Origin: Octopus sinensis
Lineage: Eukaryota
DNA: 22,179 bases
Reading direction: 5' to 3'
NCBI RefSeq assembly: GCF_006345805.1
Contig: NW_021836990.1
Coordinates: forward strand, 1 to 22,179
Shown here piece after piece: positions 1 through 10,261 of the stretch (its first letter is position 1; each line of letters starts with the position of its first letter). Position numbers and translations under genes: made by a program. A model generated the notes under the pieces. It made no database searches, was not told the origin of the DNA, and saw nothing but the letters and a program-made list of their open reading frames with translations.

Positions 1-638
1 TAATGTAAGACAATATCAAAAATAAATAAAATGTCTATTGAAGGCCACCTTTCTAAAATTGCTCCATAGCCATAAATATTGGTCATCGAAATAAATTTTT
101 TTAGAGAAGCAAGATGCAAGGGAAGTAACTCTTGTAAATGGGAAATAACTCTGGTTTATCTCCGATTCTGTTGTGTCTGAGGGTCGTTTTCTTTTTGTGC
201 CTTATAGTGTAACATATTCACTGGTAAAAGTTCCACTATTTTCTTATTTTTATTTCCTAAAATTTTCGTTGCGTCTTGCAACCTCTTCAATGGTCTTAAC
301 TCTCAGATTAGAAACAGCGGCCGTAAATGCATAGATGAAAAAATATTTAGGAAAAAGACAGAGGCTGGTCGATCGTTTGAATGTGTGTTTGTGTGTGCGC
401 GCGTGTGTGTACGTGTGTGTGTGCGTGTGTGTGTATGTGTGTTTGTGTGTGTTTGTGCTTGTGTGTACATATACACGGTGTATAACAAACCCGATCGCGC
501 GTGCAACACCGTAACCAAGAGGACGCGACTCTTCAAATATACATATACTGTGTGCGCGTGCTTGTGTGTGTGAATGCATTGGCAAAGACCAAAAAAATAA
601 CAAACAAACAACAAAACAAAAACAAAGACGAGAGAGAG

Positions 639-669
<31 letters not shown>

Positions 670-684
670 TTTATACGTGATGGT

Positions 685-915
685 TCGACCTACTGGAAAT
701 AGCAGCCAAATTTCTCCTTAATTCATCCAGTGCTGCCTTAAAGAAAGAAAACACATCTTAAAGTTTATTGGACTTTGTAGCACCAGATATGCGTTAGATG
801 TAAAGAAAATTCGATGGAATCGTCAAGGCTGGAATGCTTTTCTTCGTAGGTCTACTGAATTAAGTCTGACCTAGCGTTAAACAACAGCAGCAACAACAAC
901 AACAACAACAACTAC
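685..915 (+). repeat. (AAC)n-tailed interspersed repeat (CTGCTAGAAATAGC family)
   Basis: Motif order CCTACTGGAAATAGCAGCCAAAT...GGCTGGAATGCTTT...CTGACCTAGCGTTAAACAACAGCAGCAACAAC recurs at about nine loci in this window. Confidence 0.7.
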
Positions 916-2053
916 TAAGAGATAGAAATTAGCAGGAAAACGAGAATATTTATTTATTAATTTGTTATTTTTTTACAGGTGAAACGAAAAAAATTGCCAC
1001 GTCTTTCGTCTGTGAATTCTTTAACCAAACACGTATGTGACCCCACCCCCAACCGCCGACCCCCTTTTAGTGTGTGCCACAGAATCGTGGCCCCCGCCTC
1101 ACCATTTTTATTTGTTTTGTTCCCATCCTTTTACCAAGAGATATCAGAATGCACCAAAGTTTGGACCAGTTTTGCTCCACTTTACAACAGTCAAAGGAAT
1201 TGAAAAGGCGGGAAAGAGAAAGACAGAGAGACAGAGAGAGAGGGGGGAGAAGGAGAAAGAAAGAAGGAAAGGGAGGGAGAGGGAGAGAGGCACTATGGTC
1301 AGTTCATTATAAGAGAGAATTGACCACAATCAACAGACACTAAAAGAGAGAGAAAGAGAATGAGAGAGAGAGAGAGAAGGAGTTGACCCTGATTACCAGA
1401 CATTATGGTCAGTTTTACCTTTCCCGAAGACGTCTCTCTCCTCCTCCTCCAAATTCTTCAGATATTCTTCTTTTTTTTTTTTTGGCATTTTCATTTGTTA
1501 TTTCTCTCTTTTGTTTTATGAATTCCTCAATTCTCTCTACACAGATTTTTCTGAGTTTTAGTGGCTCCACACACACACACAGACACGGACACAGACACAC
1601 ACACACACAGAGACACAGACACACACACACCACACACACACACACACTTTTATAGGGTGTTGCGAGGAGGTGGGAGTGACCGATATGAAATTGTCGTCTG
1701 TGCGGAATTGGTGCATATTCCTCGTCCATCGGGGGGCGAAAACTGAACACAAAGCAAAAATATTCAATTCAGAACAAGCAAAGATCAAACTAAATACAGC
1801 AACATATTTAGTGAGGCGCTTTGTCGTTAATCATTTTCTGTTCATTGGCCTCTTATAATTTCAATGTTCGATTCCTCATTCGATCTCTGTCTGTCTGTCT
1901 GTCTCTCTCCCTATGTCCCTATCTCACCCCCCTCTCTCTCTCTCTCTCAGTCAAACCAACGCACCCACATCATCGCTCACGCCATCCCCTCTTTTGTTAT
2001 TTCTGAGTTTTTTTTTGTGCCTATTTGTTTTGTTTTGTTTTTCTTTTTTCAAT

Positions 2054-3108
2054 CTATTTTTCCGACAGAAAATCAATGTGAGTTTCTCGACTTGTGTGAC
2101 TCGTGTGGTCATAACCAACAACTTTAATTTCTGTTCCTCCAAAGATCACTTCCAGGTCAACCGCACGGTTTTTGTCACCGGTCAGATCCGGCATTCCAAC
2201 CACAAGACAACCACATTTCTCAACATTTTCTTCGTCCACATATTTTACATTGCGTTTTGTAGTCTTAAAAAACTCGAACATAATTCCCTTCTGGTTGGTG
2301 ATTATCGGCGTGTAGGTTTCCCGCCAGATTTCATTAGCACCTATCACCTCACCGACTCTGGCCCATATCTGGAAGATATTCTTGCAAAGAACCAAATCCT
2401 CGGAGACAACTTTCAAATCTTCCCGATGATAACCTTCTTCGAAAGGAAGATAGGATCCAACTCCGTATGTAAATCGACAAATTCTCTTACAGATTGTGCT
2501 CGGATCGTGACCAAAGGCCACAGCGCCGCGCACGACGGCTAAACTAGCTTCTTCCGGTATAAGCACCGTGACGCGTTCACCGAACTTTTCTTTCACGGAT
2601 CGCTGAAGCCGGACGGATTCAGCAAAACCGCCCACTAGGAATATATACTTGGTGTCTTTCATTTTAGACGAGTCCAATAACGACTGGACATGGTCATTAA
2701 TTTGTTCCAGTGCATCGTAAAACAATGAGCTGACTTTATTCGGGGACAACACCAGCTTGCCACCCGAGAATTTCACTTCGTTATTGCATTCGCTGGCATA
2801 AGCTTTGATCACTTCTTGGACGCTTTTGCCATCGAATCTGAAATTGCAAAAGTTATAGGGCAACGACACTCGAATGCTTTCGCCTTCACCTCGCTTCTTC
2901 ACCTCGAAGTCCTGCAGGAGTTCTACGTAATCCTTGGGATGATTGCTTTGGAATTCTTTCATGAAGGCCTCGCCAAAAATCTGAACCATCAGCTTGAGAA
3001 ACTGTCTGTCAATGACGGTTCCTCCCCAGGCACCGCCCGTGGCACGGAATAATTCTCGAATACGTCCATCTCTTCGTACTTTGTGAGCAACGACGTCGAT
3101 TGTACCAC
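2054..3108 (-). CDS. HSPA12: HSPA12-family (heat shock 70 kDa protein 12-like) terminal coding exon
   Basis: Open frame (G)GTIDVVAHKV...ELFRATGGAWGGTVIDRQF...FEVKKR...FLVGGFAES...GAVAFG...RFTYGVG...FGGTEIKV...IDFLSEK, ending in TAG at 2056-2054. Acceptor tttcAG at 3110-3109, phase 1. The motifs match the HSPA12 subfamily and there is no C-terminal EEVD. The A versus B paralogue cannot be resolved by eye. Confidence 0.93.
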
Positions 3109-3114
3109 CTGAAA

Positions 3115-3116
3115 TG

Positions 3117-3148
<32 letters not shown>

Positions 3149-3182
3149 AACGACAACAACAACAACAGCAACAACAAACAAC

Positions 3183-3220
<38 letters not shown>
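3115..3220. repeat. Compound (AAT)n-(AAC)n-(AGT)n microsatellite at the splice acceptor
   Basis: Direct reading. It lies immediately upstream, in transcript sense, of the 3109 acceptor. Confidence 0.95.
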
Positions 3221-3222
<2 letters not shown>

Positions 3223-3579
3223 AACGAGACGAGTAGGAAGAAGAAAAACAGGAAAATAGTAATTAAAAAAATTTGAGAAAAACCCCACAAAAACAAAAAA
3301 CATAAAAAGAGAATCTGTGAATAATAAAATATATAAAAAAAAAGCTGTTGCCAACGCAAATTGATAGGAAACTTGCTTATTTTCTGCAATCGATTAATCA
3401 TCTGCCAGAACACGTGGTTATCGATTAGTGATGAGTGTACAGTTTGGAAGGAAAGAGTACAAGAGACGATGGAGTACGATGAGGTAATGGCTGGGAAACC
3501 ACTCCTCTTCCTTGTCACGCCATCATCAATCATGGCATCAACCACAAGTACGGAGTCGGCCAAGAGACTCGAAGCAGTC

Positions 3580-4082
3580 GATCGCCCTGCTAGAAATAGC
3601 AAACAAATCTACTTAAAATAACATCCGACCATCTTTAAAAGATGGGAGCTCGTCGGATAATGTGGTCTTCAGTTTTCTGCCCATAGGATGGCGAGAGGGG
3701 AAGACGGGAAGGTCACCGTTGGAATATTTGGGATCATAGTACTGCCTGATTACAGTTGACCTGGGGTTAAACGTTAGAGCCTGTATATGGTTACTCAGTT
3801 TGCTGGAAATAACTGATAAATATCTCTTAAACCACATGTTGATGGTCGCTGATACGGGGTTGTTACGACTGGAACGTCTGTGATCATAGGATCGATTTAC
3901 AACAACGACCGAGAGTTGGCCTTTATGTGGCCACTCGACATAACAGCCAAGTCGCCTTGTTATCCTGAAAGCAATGCAGGTCAGATTGGCTCAGTTATTG
4001 AATAAAAGGCGAGATAGTCATGACTGGAGTTCCTTTGATCATAGATCTGTTTTCTTACCTTGGGCTAATTGACAACAACGAC
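3580..4082 (+). repeat. Three tandem diverged copies of the (AAC)n-tailed repeat
   Basis: About 3580-3775 (CCTGCTAGAAATAGC...GTTGACCTGGGGTTAAAC), 3800-3910 (TGCTGGAAATAAC...GACTGGAACGTCTGTGATCATAGG...ACAACAAC) and 3960-4082 (GATAGTCATGACTGGAGTTCCTTTGATCATAG...ACAACAAC). Confidence 0.65.
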
Positions 4083-4627
4083 TCCCGACGTTCATTTTAA
4101 GAGAAATTAAAGTCAAACCTCACACAAACCACATTCAACCGTTTTTCAGAAAGCTGCATTCAGATTTACATTATCCTATAACTGCAATTAAGATGAACTG
4201 CCATGGCTGGATTGTTTTGTTTTTTTTAATTATTAAAGTTGTTCCCATGTGGGATTGACATGTGGTTAAACAGCTACACCAATAACAACAAAAACCCTCT
4301 CGCTCATATCACACTCGACCTTCTTAAAAAGGTATAAAAGACCCCTTATTCAGGAACTGGGGGAGGTTGAATAACATCAACAAGTTAGCTCTCACTTAAC
4401 TGTTTTTGTAGCAGATGGCGTCCCTGTGTAATTTGTTCGCGTCATCATTATCGTTCGACGTTAGGTTAATGATGACAGTGCAGCCTTACCAGGGACTGTC
4501 TATTTCGCCCTTTTACAGTCCAAAGGCTTCTAAGAAGCGGGTCGAGGGTTTCCTTTTTTCTTTTCTGTGGTTTAGTCAGAGGGGAAAAGGGTGAGGATGG
4601 TAGCGGGGTGTAAGAAGAGCAGTAATC

Positions 4628-4938
4628 CCACCACCACCACCACCGCCGCCGCTGCCGCCACCACGACCACCACTACCACCACCACTACCACCACCACCAC
4701 TACCACCACCACCACACCACCACCACCACAACCACCACACCACAACCACCACCACCACCACCACAACCACCACCACCACCGCCACCACCACCACCAACCA
4801 CCACCACCACCACCACCACCACCACCACCATCACCACCACCACCACCATCACAACCACCACCATCACCACCACTACCACCATCACCACCAAAACAACCAC
4901 AACCACCACCACCACCACCACCACCACCATCACCACCG
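4628..4938. repeat. (CAC)n interrupted microsatellite, ~310 bp
   Basis: Direct reading. Explains the poly-T/P/H and poly-V/W/G ORFs. Confidence 0.97.
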
Positions 4939-5087
4939 TCCGATCACTGCAGGACCACCGAGACTGGTTTTACTAGGAAGCTGCTAGTTCTCTGGAGTTA
5001 TTTGCCCTTGCACTGCAGATCTGATGAAATCCCATTACAATGAAAGAGGAAGACCCTTTCTGCTAAATGCACCCAAGGGGATACGTC

Positions 5088-5855
5088 GTTGTTTAGCTTT
5101 GTGCCTCCTCTTTCATCAAATGCATTCCAGCCGTGACCATCCTGCTTTGTTCCCTTCCTAGGGAAACGCACCATTATATTATCCGATATGTCCCCTTTTT
5201 TAACACTGTGTGTGTGTGTGATTTTGGTGTGATTTGACTGATATATCTAGCAGGTCAAGCAGTCAAGTAGAGATCCTCCCCCCCCCCCGATGGTCCAATG
5301 TTTTGAGGCGGCGAGTGGAGGGGATTAATTGCGCAAAGAAATAATCAAGGCTTTGACTCATTAATTGCTGCGGTTATTTTTAATTGTTATTTAGTCCAAG
5401 GTGATCGAACAAACGGAGATCAAAAGCTTCCATCCGTGGCCATCCCTTTGTAAAGGAAAATCCCGTTTTCTTAAGATGGCCTGTGTGTATATACAACTGT
5501 GTATATGTGTGCGTGAATGTGTGTGTGAGTGTGTGTGTGTGTGATTTGAGGACGATTTGGCTGATATTGCTAACAGGTCAAGCAACCCCCTTTGTTAGAA
5601 AGTAGCGGTGTTGGAAGGAATAAAGCAACACTTAGCGTTTATGGATTACCATTTTCGTTGTTGTTTTTGTTTAACCCCAGGTCAACCCTGATCGAAAGCC
5701 CGCCGATCAAAGATATTTTCGTCGTGAGATTTATTCGTTTGATATTGATTCAGGTGTAGTGTATCTGAGATTACATTATCCAATGTGCACTTACATTTTT
5801 TAAAGATGGTCGGATATGGTTTGAGGGTGAACTAACTGCTATTTCCAGTAGATAA
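5088..5855 (-). repeat. Three tandem diverged copies of the (AAC)n-tailed repeat, minus strand
   Basis: About 5088-5260, 5385-5585 and 5655-5855. Each has the reverse complement of the CTGCTAGAAATAGC head and the AAACAAC tail, for example GTTTAACCCCAGGTCAAC and CTGCTATTTCCAGTAG. Confidence 0.65.
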
Positions 5856-5989
5856 AATAACCATATTGAGGCTCTCACGTTGGTTGCTGCTCTATGAAGC
5901 TTTTGTATTTACGAGAGAAAGCGTTGTCATATCATCTGCTAGAAATCATAGCTAAACTCGTCTCAAATCAACGATTAAGGACAATGTCA

Positions 5990-6105
5990 AGGGTAGAGGA
6001 TGTCAAGATAAAAGATGATGTCGACCATCGTAGGATTTGAACTCAGAATTTAAAAGAGTTTAAGACGACGACAATACTGTATAGTATTCTGTCCGACACT
6101 CCGCC
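5990..6105 (-). mobile_element. SINE fragment (same family)
   Basis: AGGATTTGAACTCAGAA is the reverse complement of a B-box, and it is preceded by an AAAGATGATGTCGACC body motif. Confidence 0.55.
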
Positions 6106-6265
6106 GATGGTATGGTCACACCTGGAAGACCTTTGGCCACAAATCTGCTTCGTCAAGTCTATTTTTGGTGCCAAACAGTAACACCGTGTTGGTCCAAATA
6201 CTTTCAGCAGAACAGATTCAGCTAAACGTAGCCAAGGTCTCAAGCGCTGATGTTAAAGATTAGGT

Positions 6266-6518
6266 CAGTGGCCCTCAACCGGGCTCCATACGACTCCTTG
6301 CTGGTCCCTAAGACCCTCGCGGGGCCAAATGAGATTTCGTTGTCACAATTTATGTGCAATAAATCGCTCATATTTCTCCAATAAACAAAATATTTGAACA
6401 ATTTTGTTTTGTACAATTCGTAATAACTGGATTTAAAAAAAAAAAACATCGAATGACTGTCAGGGTCCAGGAGAGTAAAATAGGGATGCATGCTTGAAAC
6501 AGGGTTGAGAACCTTCTG
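6266..6518. mobile_element. hAT-superfamily non-autonomous element (MITE), 253 bp
   Basis: Left end CAGTGGCCCTCAACC and right end GGTTGAGAACCTTCTG form imperfect terminal inverted repeats of the CAGTGGTTCTCAACC type. Flanks are GATTAGGT (6258-6265) and GATTAGGC (6519-6526), a 7/8 match and so an 8-bp target-site duplication as expected for hAT. Confidence 0.82.
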
Positions 6519-6589
6519 GATTAGGCCCAACACTCAAGAAGAAGCACAGCCCATTCGAGGGACTGATATACAATCTTTATCTGAACAAG

Positions 6590-6722
6590 TTCACCCTTAA
6601 GACGTGAGTCGATCCTTAAGGCAAGGATACGAAATATCAACTCAGTGTACTACCACACTGCAGGATCGAACTCGTAACCCTTTGACTATAAAGTAAAATT
6701 CCGTCCATATACAGACATGCTT
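6590..6722 (-). mobile_element. tRNA-derived SINE head fragment
   Basis: AGGATCGAACTC at 6662-6673 is the reverse complement of B-box GAGTTCGATCCT, in a tRNA-like context. Confidence 0.45.
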
Positions 6723-7469
6723 CATTCGACACCCACGTGAGTCATTTCTCTTCTCCAACTCATACTTGCCATTTTTCGTGTTGGACTTTATCATTTATCC
6801 TAATGAGGAGGATTTAACTGTTATTTCCAGCACATCGAGCGGCTACGCTTACGCAGTGGTTCGTAAATAACCAAACGAAAAGTAATGAAGGAGGGATTCA
6901 TACCAAATTAAGTTTTGTTTTTCTTCCTTCTGGAGAAATTCCTTGCAAATGACTATCGTTCTGTCCAGTAGCACCTTAATCTCCACCCGCTTTGGTTGGC
7001 TGCGATGTTAACTGGACGGATTTAATGTGGCCAGTGCTCAGTTTGAATTATTGAATGACCACAGAGGAAGCGAGGAGGTGATGAGATAAAGAATACCAGA
7101 AGCAGTGGACACAGCTCTACGTGGAAATGGCGAAGCATTGAGTGAGATCCACAAATCAAATATGTATTGTTTTTGTTCTTTTTTTTATATTGGTTTTTCA
7201 AGGGTTTTGCCAGAAGAGACAGGACCGCATCCATCACTATTTTCAGATCTAACATGACTAATGGGAGGAAGAGAACAAATTTCTCCTGGAACTGAAGACC
7301 TGCCTGAATGCTTCCAATATGGTGGCCTCCACTAAAAGGAACCCAAGGACCAGGTGATGGTGTTAAACCGAGTTGTCGGTCATTGTCACTCTGAAGAGCT
7401 TCCTAACAGTTTCTGTCCACTTTTTCTCTCAAAAGACTTCGATAGATCCTAGGCTATGATGTAGCGAAA

Positions 7470-7600
7470 ACGCGTGGCCTAGTGGTTATACTATTGGCCT
7501 CACAATCGCAAGGCCATGAGTTCGAGTTCCGCTCCGGGAAGCGGGTTATCTTTCACGCTGCTTCAATTCCTTCCAATGGAAATGAGTTCCATCTGTTGCA
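7470..7600 (+). mobile_element. tRNA-derived SINE head
   Basis: A-box GTGGCCTAGTGGTTA (7474-7488) and B-box GAGTTCGAGTTCC with tRNA-like spacing. No closing acceptor stem, so this is not a tRNA gene. Confidence 0.65.
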
Positions 7601-7689
7601 AAGTGTGGGTGCCCCACAGGCCCCACACGATTGACCCCCAAATCTCGGAAAATGCAAATAAATTGTCAACGGCTTTTCATGGCTGCAGC

Positions 7690-7800
7690 ACACTGGATGA
7701 TGAAATCAGGGTAGAAGACACTTATATATCAAAATAGCGGGTTATGGGATCGAACTTGAAATCCCGTATTAACTAAGTGAACTTTTTAACCAATCACAAA
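7690..7800 (-). mobile_element. tRNA-derived SINE head fragment
   Basis: The reverse complement reads GATTGGTTAAAAAGTTCACTT...CAAGTTCGATCCC...AAGTGTCTTCTAC, i.e. A- and B-box-like motifs. Confidence 0.5.
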
Positions 7801-8024
7801 GAGAAACATACCCAGGGAGAGAGGGAGAGAGTGAAAATGAGAGAGGGGGAGAGAGAGGGAAGAAGAGTGTGTGTGTGTGCGTGTGCATGTCAACGAGTGC
7901 AAATTTGTGCACGTGTGTGATTACATTAGTGACACTGTTTCACGTGATCCCCATATCCATCTCTTTACCCTACGCATGCGCATAAAAAGTAATAATGAGT
8001 TTTGAAAAAAAAGTCTTAACTCAC

Positions 8025-8199
8025 CTCCAGCATCAATAACAAGATATTTAGTTCCTGGTTCGAACGTCGGTTTATTTCCTTCCGGTTGTGAAGTACCCAG
8101 CAACGAGCTGGCAGGCCATTTCCGGCAATGGAGAGAAGCAGCTTCCGGTTCGAGTGCTATTAATAACTGGTCACTGTTTTTGCTTGTAATCAAATCACC
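8025..8199 (-). CDS. HSPA12: HSPA12-family internal coding exon (175 nt)
   Basis: Acceptor cctatcAG (8201-8200) and donor G|GTGAGT (8024). Encodes GDLITSKNSDQLLIALEPEAASLHCRK...KYLVIDAG-G. Joined to the next exon it restores the phosphate-2 motif VIDAGGGTID. LEPEAAS is the HSP70 connect motif. Confidence 0.92.
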
Positions 8200-8419
8200 C
8201 TGATAGGAACGGAAGCGATAAAGATAAATTTAAAATTCGATAATCCCAAAGATTAGTGTTGGTTACAATATTAGTAAGACGAAACAATCAACAAATATCA
8301 CCGCTGTTTCATTCAGGAATTTAGGAAGAGGACGCCACCATCACCACCGCCACAGGTGACGAACAAGAAAACATGACGGCAGTTGCATTTTGCAGTGAAT
8401 TGTCTGGGACACTCAGAAT

Positions 8420-9190
8420 TGATTTTGCTGGCAAATATTGTTCACAGGACACTTATCAGATCCTACAATTACAAGGCCTTTGTGGGAGGTTCCTGCTGCT
8501 GTTATTTTTATTGTAATTAAATATCATCGAGTTTATGCTGGGGAGGCAACTGTACCTAACTTTGACTGTGTTTCTATTAAAGAGCTTGTGATAGTTATGT
8601 CAGTGTGGAAAGTGTATATCTATATGTTTTAGAAACCGTCTAACTACATCTTTTAACAACGTTCATGCTGTGTAGAAGATAATACTTATATATCTTCCTA
8701 CGCTCTACGTCTTTTTGGCTTATCTAAGTTTGGTTCGATATAGGTTATATTGCTCTTAAAATTGGATCTTTCTAATGCAACATTGTAATATAGCACTTTT
8801 TGAAGGATGCTTCCTCAGAGGATACGATAGAAACACATCCACTAATGCTATTAAATAGTTGTTTAATTATTGATAGTGAATGGTTAGAGCGTCTATCGAT
8901 GTGGGTGTCCTTCTCTGGTTGATAGAAAGCTTTATATTTGCCTGTACTAAGAATTATAATAATGTCTAACAAACTATGTTCTCCATAAACCGTAGTTTTA
9001 TGCATCAGTTCTTCTTAACATTTCCATTTTGTGACTATTCTTACTAGGTACTACTCCTAGGCGATAGTACATAATTAGAGTAATTTAATGCTAGCGTCTT
9101 TTACTTAATTGTTAAGGCTATGCAGGCCGTTGGGGCCAAACAGGTCCACCACATCTGTTCCATAATGGATCCTCATGGCGACATCAACCA
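8420..9190 (-). mobile_element. Decayed Penelope-like retroelement fragment (RT C-terminal part and Cys-rich linker)
   Basis: Manual minus-strand translation gives, in order: DVAMRIHYGTDVVDLFG (cf. DVTMGSYDGAEVCELVG); LDIIIILSTGKYKAFY..HIDRRSNHSLSIIKQLFNSIS (cf. FLDVTLNLSTGKYKPY..INAKSNHPPSIIKQLPKSIS); [34 protein letters not shown]; and CNCRI..DKCPVNNIC. The reference motifs are recalled PLE consensus. Several stops and frameshifts are present. Confidence 0.8.
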
Positions 9191-9267
9191 ATAGGGATTG
9201 GGTGGGGGGGAAGCAATCATTTCCTTATGTTCGTTATTACAATGCTTTATTGAACTCCGATTGATAT

Positions 9268-9304
<37 letters not shown>

Positions 9305-9412
9305 TTGTGACCGACCAGGCTATCAGATGTTGTTACACATCGCTGGTCACAATGCGCTTCGCATTGTTTTAGCCTTCAAATGACGCCACCCCGCTGGCTA
9401 ATCGAGCAGGCC

Positions 9413-9484
<72 letters not shown>

Positions 9485-9536
9485 TATATAACATATATAT
9501 ATACATATATATATATAGACAGAGAGAGAGGGAGAG

Positions 9537-9572
<36 letters not shown>

Positions 9573-9583
9573 GACAGACAGAC

Positions 9584-9614
<31 letters not shown>

Positions 9615-9619
9615 CAGAC

Positions 9620-9708
<89 letters not shown>
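9413..9708. repeat. Compound (TA)n-(GA)n-(GACA)n-(GATA)n microsatellite
   Basis: Direct reading. The (GATA)n block ends about 8 nt from the splice donor at 9716. Confidence 0.97.
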
Positions 9709-9716
9709 CTACTTAC

Positions 9717-9938
9717 TCGATAAGCTGCCTCTCTCATGAACTGTTTTGCGTTATCGTCCCAAATAGCTGGTACGGTGAGGACCCACCGAACGGTCTGTGG
9801 GTGAGGTTCGTAACCCAAGTGGGCCGAGACAGCTCTTAAAAAATGGGTCTTCATGAACCAAAGCGATTTAGCGAAAACATCAACAGCTGGTAACGTTTTA
9901 CCTTTGGCATCTTCCAACATGATATTGGTGTGGAGTTC
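9717..9938 (-). CDS. HSPA12: HSPA12-family internal coding exon (222 nt)
   Basis: Acceptor ttctgcAG (9940-9939) and donor CGA|GTAAGT (9716). Phase 0 at both ends. Encodes [26 protein letters not shown]...[23 protein letters not shown], which contains the HSPA12 signature WVLTVPAIW...KQFMREAA. Confidence 0.92.
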
Positions 9939-9967
9939 CTGCAGAAGAAATAACAAACCAATGAATG

Positions 9968-10261
9968 CGTGTGTGTGTGCGCGCGCATATACACAAATGT
10001 GTGTGTTTGTATGGGTGTGTGTATATATATGTATATATATATGTGTGTGTATATATATATACATATATATATATATATACACACACACACATATATATAC
10101 ATATATATACATATATATATACATATATACATATATACAAATATACATATATATACATATATACATATATACATATATACAAATATACATATATACATAT
10201 ATACAAATATACATATATATATACATATATATATATATGCATTTATATATATATATATATA
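9968..10261. repeat. (TG)/(TA)/(TACA) compound microsatellite
   Basis: Direct reading. An ATATACAAATATACATAT higher-order unit recurs three times. Confidence 0.95.

Noticed and set aside
1107-1112. AATAAA on the minus strand as the HSPA12 poly(A) signal
   Set aside because: It is the nearest canonical hexamer, about 950 nt past the stop, but such hexamers are frequent in AT-rich DNA. It is unsupported without 3'-end data.
1913-2542. 209-aa + strand ORF (and the 78-aa ORF at 2816-3052)
   Set aside because: Antisense shadows of the HSPA12 exon, with a microsatellite-derived start and no recognisable domain.
3109-3181. N-terminal MFVVAVVVVVVIIIIII extension of the 375-aa ORF, which looks like a signal or TM segment
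   Set aside because: It is translated microsatellite. A valid acceptor at 3110-3109 joins the upstream exon to rebuild DAGGGT.
4572-5043. Pro/His/Thr-rich extensin- or mucin-like ORFs
   Set aside because: Entirely explained by the (CAC)n microsatellite.
7030-7440. Possible + strand LINE RT remnant (TALRGNGEA, EDLPECF, GHCHSEEL)
   Set aside because: The similarity is too faint to support by eye and needs a profile search.
7470-7545. Possible tRNA gene
   Set aside because: A and B boxes are present, but there is no acceptor-stem closure or clean cloverleaf, and it continues into SINE body.
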